A stretch of DNA of 32,535 nt from an uncultured Polyangiaceae bacterium (GTDB lineage: Bacteria; Myxococcota_A; Polyangia; Polyangiales; Polyangiaceae), in assembly GCA_964440025.1 (NCBI GenBank), contig CAYTRQ010000008.1:1-32535 (forward strand). Direction: 5' to 3'. Each line of letters opens with the position of its first letter. The first letter of the stretch is position 1. The notes beneath the pieces are model-generated. The model made no database searches. It was given only the letters and a program-made list of their open reading frames with translations, and had not been told where the DNA came from. A program made the translations under genes and the position numbers. Shown here piece by piece: positions 27,532 to 32,535 of this stretch.

Positions 27532-29469
27532 CTATTCCAGGACGTGCCCGATTTTTTCGGCGGCGCGGGTGGCTAGTGCCATCACGGTGAGCTGCGGGTT
27601 GACCCCCAGGGGGCCGTTGACGGTGGAGCCGTCGACGATGAAAAGGCCGGGAACGTCATGGGCGGAATGGTCGAGCCCGACGACTCCTCGCTTGGGATCG
27701 GGGCTCATTTTCGAGGTGCCCAATGGGTGATAGCTGGTGAGAAGAAAGTCGCCCGCCCGCATCGTCCTGCGTGAGAATTCCTCGAGCCCTCTCCGATTGA
27801 AGATCGTGATTCCCGGATAAATGCCCGGGAAGACTTCCTTGGCGCCCGCAGCGAGCAACAGCTCGGTGAGAAGCACTTGAGCTCGATGGATCTTCGCCAC
27901 CTCTCGTTTTCCGAGGTTGTATCTCATGACGGCTCGTCCCCGGTGATCGAGGTGAACGCGCCCTCGGGTTTCGTCACAGAGCAAAAAGCCCATGCCCGTC
28001 AAGTGCCTCGAGCGCTCGAAGACGCGCATGAGTCGTTGGCCGACGAGGCCGGTTGTTGCTGGCATCATGTGAGCCTCGGCGTGAGCGCTGAGTAGCATCA
28101 GGCCGTCCCGCAAGAACTCGTGAGAGTAGGCTGTCTGAGGAATGTATTTGTCCGCGTCGACAATCTCGTCGAACAGTCCTAGGCATGGGCCTGACGGATG
28201 CAGGGTCAGGTTTTTTCCTACCTGACCACTTGAGTTCGCAAGGCCCTGTTGCAGAAGGAGCTGGGGGGTCGCCATGGCCCCTCCCGCCAAAATGACCGCG
28301 GAGGCTTTGATGCGGAGGCGCTTTTCTCGCCCCGAGGGCTCGAGAACGGGGCGTTTGGCCTTGTCGAGAGCAACTCCTTCGATGCCGACCGCCCGCCCGC
28401 CTTCGAGCAGGATCCGTTCGGCTCTGAGACCGCTGAGCACGATGTTGCCGCGCTCCAGGGCCCCGGGAAGGTAGGCGACCAATGTGGAACGCCGCGCGTC
28501 GGTGGGACAACCATTGTCGCACATCCCATCCCCTTGGCAGCCTGGGGCGTTACGATGAATGGTGTCGGAGTGCCACCCAAGGCGCTCGGCGCCCCGACGA
28601 AAGATGTCATAGATGGGACCTGCATAACGCGTGTCTGCCGGTTCCACCTGAAGAATACTTTCTACGCGATCGTAGTAAGGGGCCAGCGCGTCGGCCGAAA
28701 ACTCGTCGCTGCCTAATTCTTCGCACCATCGATCGCTCACCCACCTAGGCGGACGGAACGACGTGCCGGTATTGACTGCCGTGGAGCCTCCGACCAGTCG
28801 TCCCTGAGGGATCAGCATGGGAGAATTACCCAATGAAACAGCGTGTCGGTACACTTGCTCCATGGTGGAGCGAAAGTTGCCCGGGAATTCGTTGCGGCGG
28901 ACGTGTTCGCCTTCCTCCACGAAGACGACGGCATGCCCTTGGTCGGCCAAGTGGCGTCCCACGACCGCCCCTCCAGCGCCGGTGCCGACGACCACGACGT
29001 CGCACTCGATCTGCTCGTCGTCGTCGTAATCCTCCGCCCGGATAATCTGGGATTCCCAACGGGGATGCTCGACGTTCTGAATGGTGCGAAGAGCACCTCG
29101 CAGGCTCCCCCGCGTGTCCGGAAGATCGAAGTGAGTGACCTTGTAGATTGCGCTGAGGCCGGCGATGCAGCGACCCAACACGGGATGGGTCGTCCATCGC
29201 GCGATGAGTTCTTCCGCCTTGGCTTGGGGAAGCGCTCGCAAGGGGCGTCCCGTCCTCAGGCGGGCGGCTTCATCGAGCATATGGTGGGCAGCTCTCCATG
29301 GCCCTAGGGCTTCTGGGAGCATGCGTGAGATGAAGTTCTCGGTGTGAATGACCGTTCGTTCACCGGCTCCTTCGAGGAGGGGAGTGGAGGGGATCAAGGC
29401 ACGCGCCACGGCAACCGAGACCGCATGTGTTTGGCTGGGCGTACCCTGGGCGGGAAGCTTCATCTGCAT
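27532..29469 (-). CDS. GMC-family FAD oxidoreductase with ~150-aa N-terminal extension (alcohol oxidase-like)
   Basis: DVVVVGTGAGGAVVGRHLADQGHAVVFVEEG (FAD Rossmann fold) and C-terminal HPLGTSKM...GLFIVDGSTVNGPLGVNPQLTVMALA. 645 aa. Confidence 0.9.
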   Translation of the reverse strand: MQMKLPAQGTPSQTHAVSVAVARALIPSTPLLEGAGERTVIHTENFISRMLPEALGPWRAAHHMLDEAARLRTGRPLRALPQAKAEELIARWTTHPVLGRCIAGLSAIYKVTHFDLPDTRGSLRGALRTIQNVEHPRWESQIIRAEDYDDDEQIECDVVVVGTGAGGAVVGRHLADQGHAVVFVEEGEHVRRNEFPGNFRSTMEQVYRHAVSLGNSPMLIPQGRLVGGSTAVNTGTSFRPPRWVSDRWCEELGSDEFSADALAPYYDRVESILQVEPADTRYAGPIYDIFRRGAERLGWHSDTIHRNAPGCQGDGMCDNGCPTDARRSTLVAYLPGALERGNIVLSGLRAERILLEGGRAVGIEGVALDKAKRPVLEPSGREKRLRIKASAVILAGGAMATPQLLLQQGLANSSGQVGKNLTLHPSGPCLGLFDEIVDADKYIPQTAYSHEFLRDGLMLLSAHAEAHMMPATTGLVGQRLMRVFERSRHLTGMGFLLCDETRGRVHLDHRGRAVMRYNLGKREVAKIHRAQVLLTELLLAAGAKEVFPGIYPGITIFNRRGLEEFSRRTMRAGDFLLTSYHPLGTSKMSPDPKRGVVGLDHSAHDVPGLFIVDGSTVNGPLGVNPQLTVMALATRAAEKIGHVLE

Positions 29470-29513
29470 CTTGTGGTGCGAAACCTTTCAGAGCGAAGAC
29501 AGGCGGTCAATGT

Positions 29514-30821
29514 TCAAGAGCGCGTCAATTCGGTTTCAGCTAGGTCAAAGGACCGATGATCGGGCAGATTTCGAACGCCTGCGGCCACCACCCCGTGGGG
29601 CTCCAAGCTTCCGAGGACGCCGAGGTGCAAGCGGCGCGCTGTCCCCAGGAGGGAATGACGCAACGCCGAGCGAGGGGCCAGGGTGCCGTCGAGTTCGTGC
29701 AGCTTCTGTTCCGTCGTTCGGCCTGCCGCGACGAATGTCAGGATCGCGTCGAAGTTGCCCGAGGCTTGTTTTCGGGCCAGCTCATCCCTTCCTCGAGGAG
29801 AAACAGTGATCTGGCGTTGCCGAGCGGACCAGACCCGCGCGATTTCCGCAGCGATCGCAGCGAGCCAGGGCTGGTCTCTGTCCACGAGGATCTGCAAAGG
29901 GGGGCCTGGCCAGGTGCCAGCGCGATTTTGAAGCAGGGGGGCAACCCCCAAAGATCGGAACCCTTGGGGCGGAAGTCGACTGAGTTGCTCGGTGAGAACT
30001 CCAGGTGCGGCGAAGCTCTTCAGATCTGTGCCTGGCAGGAGCACGAGCCAACCGAGCGACTCGAGAGAAAATCGCGTGCCCCCTTTGCGAAACTCGTGAA
30101 GTCCCGCACCCAAAAAGCCAATATGGCTGCGTCCCGTCTCGAAATCGCGGAGGCAATCATGGAGGTTGCGTTTTTGGCATCGCACTTCGTCGACGTAGCT
30201 TCCTCCGCGAGGAGCCCAGGGGTTTCTTGCAAGTTGAGAGATCGTTCCACCGCTTGGGAAAAGAGCGCCCGTCGTATCGGGCGCCTCGGGGTTGAATGAG
30301 GGGGGCACGAGAGCCGTCTCTGGCGCTGACAAAAGGCGAGCGATCTGTTCGGGACTCAGGTGGGTTCGGCATTCCAGGCGAGTTTTTCCCCGTGCCCTGA
30401 GTCGATTGAGCTGAGTCAGCGGTTGGTAAGTCCTGCTGGCCCTCTCGAGCGACCCAGCTATGGCGCTCGCGTCGAGCGGGCGGCCTCGAGCGCTTCGCAG
30501 GCCCGGGCGCAACTCGATGGTGATCCAAGGAGGACGGCTTTGGGGAAGCGCCGCAGCCAGAGTCGGGTAAACGACTCCACGCTGCGTTTGAGCAAACAGT
30601 GGCTCGAAGAGGGAAGGTCCAATCAGAGCGGCGAGGAGATCATGAGGATCATGGGGGTCAATCCTCGTGATGCCGACCGGCATCGAGAGCTGGAGGCGTC
30701 CCCCATAGCTGGGCCTCGCCAGAGCGTTGGCGTAGCTCGGACGAAATAATGGCGAGGCTCCAGCGAGGGCACCGAGCAGGGCCGTTCTCCGGGAGATGGG
30801 AAGAACACGGCAGGCGGCCAC
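29514..30821 (-). CDS. Tat-signal periplasmic protein, ABC substrate-binding protein family-5-like (orphan)
   Basis: Twin-arginine signal ISRRTALLGALAGASPLF...ANA. GGRLQLSMPVGITRIDPHDPHD...PSLFEPLF...YPTLAAALP...ITIELRPGLRSARGRPLDA follows the family-5 SBP N-lobe pattern. The likely GTG start at 30821 overlaps the upstream stop by 1 nt (TAGTG). The ORF maximum is ATG 30893. Confidence 0.6.
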   Translation of the reverse strand: MAACRVLPISRRTALLGALAGASPLFRPSYANALARPSYGGRLQLSMPVGITRIDPHDPHDLLAALIGPSLFEPLFAQTQRGVVYPTLAAALPQSRPPWITIELRPGLRSARGRPLDASAIAGSLERASRTYQPLTQLNRLRARGKTRLECRTHLSPEQIARLLSAPETALVPPSFNPEAPDTTGALFPSGGTISQLARNPWAPRGGSYVDEVRCQKRNLHDCLRDFETGRSHIGFLGAGLHEFRKGGTRFSLESLGWLVLLPGTDLKSFAAPGVLTEQLSRLPPQGFRSLGVAPLLQNRAGTWPGPPLQILVDRDQPWLAAIAAEIARVWSARQRQITVSPRGRDELARKQASGNFDAILTFVAAGRTTEQKLHELDGTLAPRSALRHSLLGTARRLHLGVLGSLEPHGVVAAGVRNLPDHRSFDLAETELTRS

Positions 30822-32257
30822 TATCTGAGAACCCAGAGGCTGTCGCCGACGGCGGCGACGACGGTTTGGGGATTTTTCCCGGCAAATGGACACACAGCGA
30901 GGGCGTGCACGGGGCCTTCGTCGAGTGTTGCGCGGGGCTCGAGACCTTGTTCGTCGACGCTCTGGATGACGAGGGCGTCCTCGTTGGGATCTTCGGTATT
31001 TTTGCTGGAGAGGATTTCTGCTTGCGAGTCCCCGTCCAGATCGGCGGCCTTGAGCTCATTTCCAGCCTGAGGAAGGGAAAATGTCCGTTTCTCCGAGGAA
31101 GGAGGAACGAGTGTGACGCTTGTCTGTTTGCCGATGGGGCTTTCGATGACGATTTGAGTGCTCGTTCCGTTGGGATGGGTGATCGAAGCTTGAGCGATGG
31201 CGGACAGGCTGGGGCCATGGGGAGCCGGTTGTTCAAGTGGAGGCGGGACGGAATGAAACGGACCACAGCTGACGGGAGCTTCGGCGAGTCCGGTGCTCGT
31301 GAATCGATGACAACCATGTGCCGATGGAGCGGCCGGGGGGGCGAAGCCCCGTGGCGCAAGGGAAGCGTCGAGCCAAACGAGATGGGACCGATCACTCAGC
31401 CCAACATAGAGATGCCCTTGATGGATCCAAGCGCTCGCTAACGGGGCTCTTAGGGGGTGCGGGGAAAGGGGGGAGAGTTCGTCCCATGAGACTCTTGCGA
31501 GGGTCTTGAAGGAGGTGGAAGTGAAGCGACCCAGGCGCAGCTCCCGTCGCGACACGACCAAAAGCGCTTGTCCGCCGTTGCCTTCGGCATCCCCGCAGGC
31601 AAGTGCGATGGGCTTCTGAACGGGGGATTCGAACCGCTGACGTTTGGTGAAGAGCCCCGGAGGGCTCGGCAAAAACTGACGAATTTCCGCGTCAGCGGTT
31701 TCGGAGAAGACGAGGTGGGTCGTGATGGTTCCTTCGGGGGCTCGTGTGCGGGCCCAGAATTCGTTGGGCCATTCGATGACGTCGACGACGAGGCTCAGGT
31801 TGCCATCTTGCAGAGAAGGAGAGAGCAAGACGAGCGAGAGATCGAGCTCGCGGGCTCGTTGTCGAGCCACATCGGGAGCCATCGGGTGAGGAGGTCTGTA
31901 GCGCGCTTCTGGAACGGCAGCGCCGACGACTGTGCGGATCTTGTTCGTGAGAGCGACAAGCTCTTCACGGGCCAGGTGGGAAGCGACGGCCGGTGCCACG
32001 GCGACCAGCGAGGGCCGAGCTGTGTTCAGGGTACGGACTTGCTGAGCGAGCCGGGTGAGGGTGCTTCCTTCTGGGGCCAGGTTCGGGCTCACGGGTGGCT
32101 GAGTCGACGGCGCCGGACCCTGTTCGGGGGCTTCTTCTGCGCGGAGGCCGGGACTTGTCGACAAGATCGCCCAGGCCGCTCCGCAGACGAGGAAGCGGCC
32201 TGGCAGAGCGTCATTTCGCCGCTTGCTTGGGTTTTTCTTGGGACAGGGGGAGACCAT
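30821..32257 (-). CDS. secreted hypothetical protein with FG-GAP/VCBS-like motifs
   Basis: The internal ATG (32257 by frame arithmetic) opens MVSPCPKKNPSKRRNDALPGRFLVCGAAWAILSTSPGLRA, a Sec signal. Motifs ACGDAEGNGGQALLVV and AADLDGDSQAEIL resemble FG-GAP Ca-binding repeats. The upstream part of the 567-aa ORF overlaps the M16 frame and looks non-coding. Confidence 0.6.
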   Translation of the reverse strand: MVSPCPKKNPSKRRNDALPGRFLVCGAAWAILSTSPGLRAEEAPEQGPAPSTQPPVSPNLAPEGSTLTRLAQQVRTLNTARPSLVAVAPAVASHLAREELVALTNKIRTVVGAAVPEARYRPPHPMAPDVARQRARELDLSLVLLSPSLQDGNLSLVVDVIEWPNEFWARTRAPEGTITTHLVFSETADAEIRQFLPSPPGLFTKRQRFESPVQKPIALACGDAEGNGGQALLVVSRRELRLGRFTSTSFKTLARVSWDELSPLSPHPLRAPLASAWIHQGHLYVGLSDRSHLVWLDASLAPRGFAPPAAPSAHGCHRFTSTGLAEAPVSCGPFHSVPPPLEQPAPHGPSLSAIAQASITHPNGTSTQIVIESPIGKQTSVTLVPPSSEKRTFSLPQAGNELKAADLDGDSQAEILSSKNTEDPNEDALVIQSVDEQGLEPRATLDEGPVHALAVCPFAGKNPQTVVAAVGDSLWVLR

Positions 32258-32535
32258 TTTTATCCAACTCGACGACCTTGAGACCGAGCTTTTCGAGCCC
32301 ACCAGAGATCTTGTCGTAGTCGCCGGCGATGACCACCCGGTAGTCGTCCGGCTGACAATAGGGTTGGGCCGCTTGGCGCGCCTCGATGAGATCGACGGAA
32401 TGGACTTGATCGGGCCAGGTGGTCCAGAAATCCGCAGGTCTCCCATGAATGGGCAGGGAAGCGAGCTTCCTCCCCAGGGTGTCGACGTGGGAGAATTCCA
32501 TCGGATAGCCAAGAAGGAGGCCACGGACAGCCTCC
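32211..32535 (-). CDS. M16 (insulinase/pitrilysin) family peptidase, C-terminal fragment (5' end outside window)
   Basis: The open frame runs off the window edge. ...DFWTTWPDQVHSVDLIEARQAAQPYCQPDDYRVVIAGDYDKISGGLEKLGLKVVELDKNG is the typical C-terminal tail of M16 peptidase domains. Confidence 0.5.
   Translation of the reverse strand, partial: EAVRGLLLGYPMEFSHVDTLGRKLASLPIHGRPADFWTTWPDQVHSVDLIEARQAAQPYCQPDDYRVVIAGDYDKISGGLEKLGLKVVELDKNGLPLSQEKPKQAAK

Noticed and set aside
30822-30893. Arg7-containing N-terminal extension (MSICREKSPNRRRRRRRQPLGSQI) of the SBP-like ORF
   Set aside because: It overlaps the C-terminus of the upstream gene in another frame. A GTG at 30821 places the start just ahead of the twin-arginine signal, and the poly-Arg derives from a CGN-rich antisense stretch.

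Overview
About 60% GC bacterial chromosomal window. Protein styles suggest a Myxococcota/deltaproteobacterium-like genome (inference): a signal-peptide-bearing, His-rich ATP synthase b subunit, a receiver-like/disordered/J-like multidomain protein, and many lipoproteins. Layout: (1) 0-6.8 kb holds a small lipoprotein, a ClpA/ClpC-type AAA+ unfoldase, a large J-like multidomain protein, a possible frameshifted TatA/B-like gene and folK. (2) 6.9-11.9 kb holds a partial F-type ATP synthase operon, atpF'-atpF-atpH-atpA-atpG, with no atpB/E upstream and no atpD/C downstream. (3) 12.1-16.5 kb holds glgC-glgA-glmS. (4) 16.5-32.5 kb is the least ordinary part. On the minus strand, a GH3 amido-synthetase-like gene, inositol-3-phosphate synthase, a DegT-type aminotransferase and an MMPL/RND exporter are co-directional. 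Diverging from them is a flippase-like UPF0104 membrane protein translationally coupled to an aldehyde dehydrogenase. Facing that pair is a GMC oxidoreductase with a long N-terminal extension, preceded on its strand by a Tat-signal family-5 SBP-like protein, a secreted FG-GAP-like protein and the 3' end of an M16 peptidase. I read this block as a candidate, apparently undescribed, cyclitol/aminocyclitol-conjugate or membrane-lipid head-group pathway; that is inference only. I saw no rRNA, tRNA, CRISPR array, transposase or integrase. Most long ORFs antisense to the genes below are GC-driven shadow ORFs. Caveat: at two places (near 6000 and near 24540) my hand translation disagreed by one base with the ORF track. 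Internal start coordinates were therefore computed from ORF-track arithmetic, and coordinates of small hairpins may be off by 1-2 nt.
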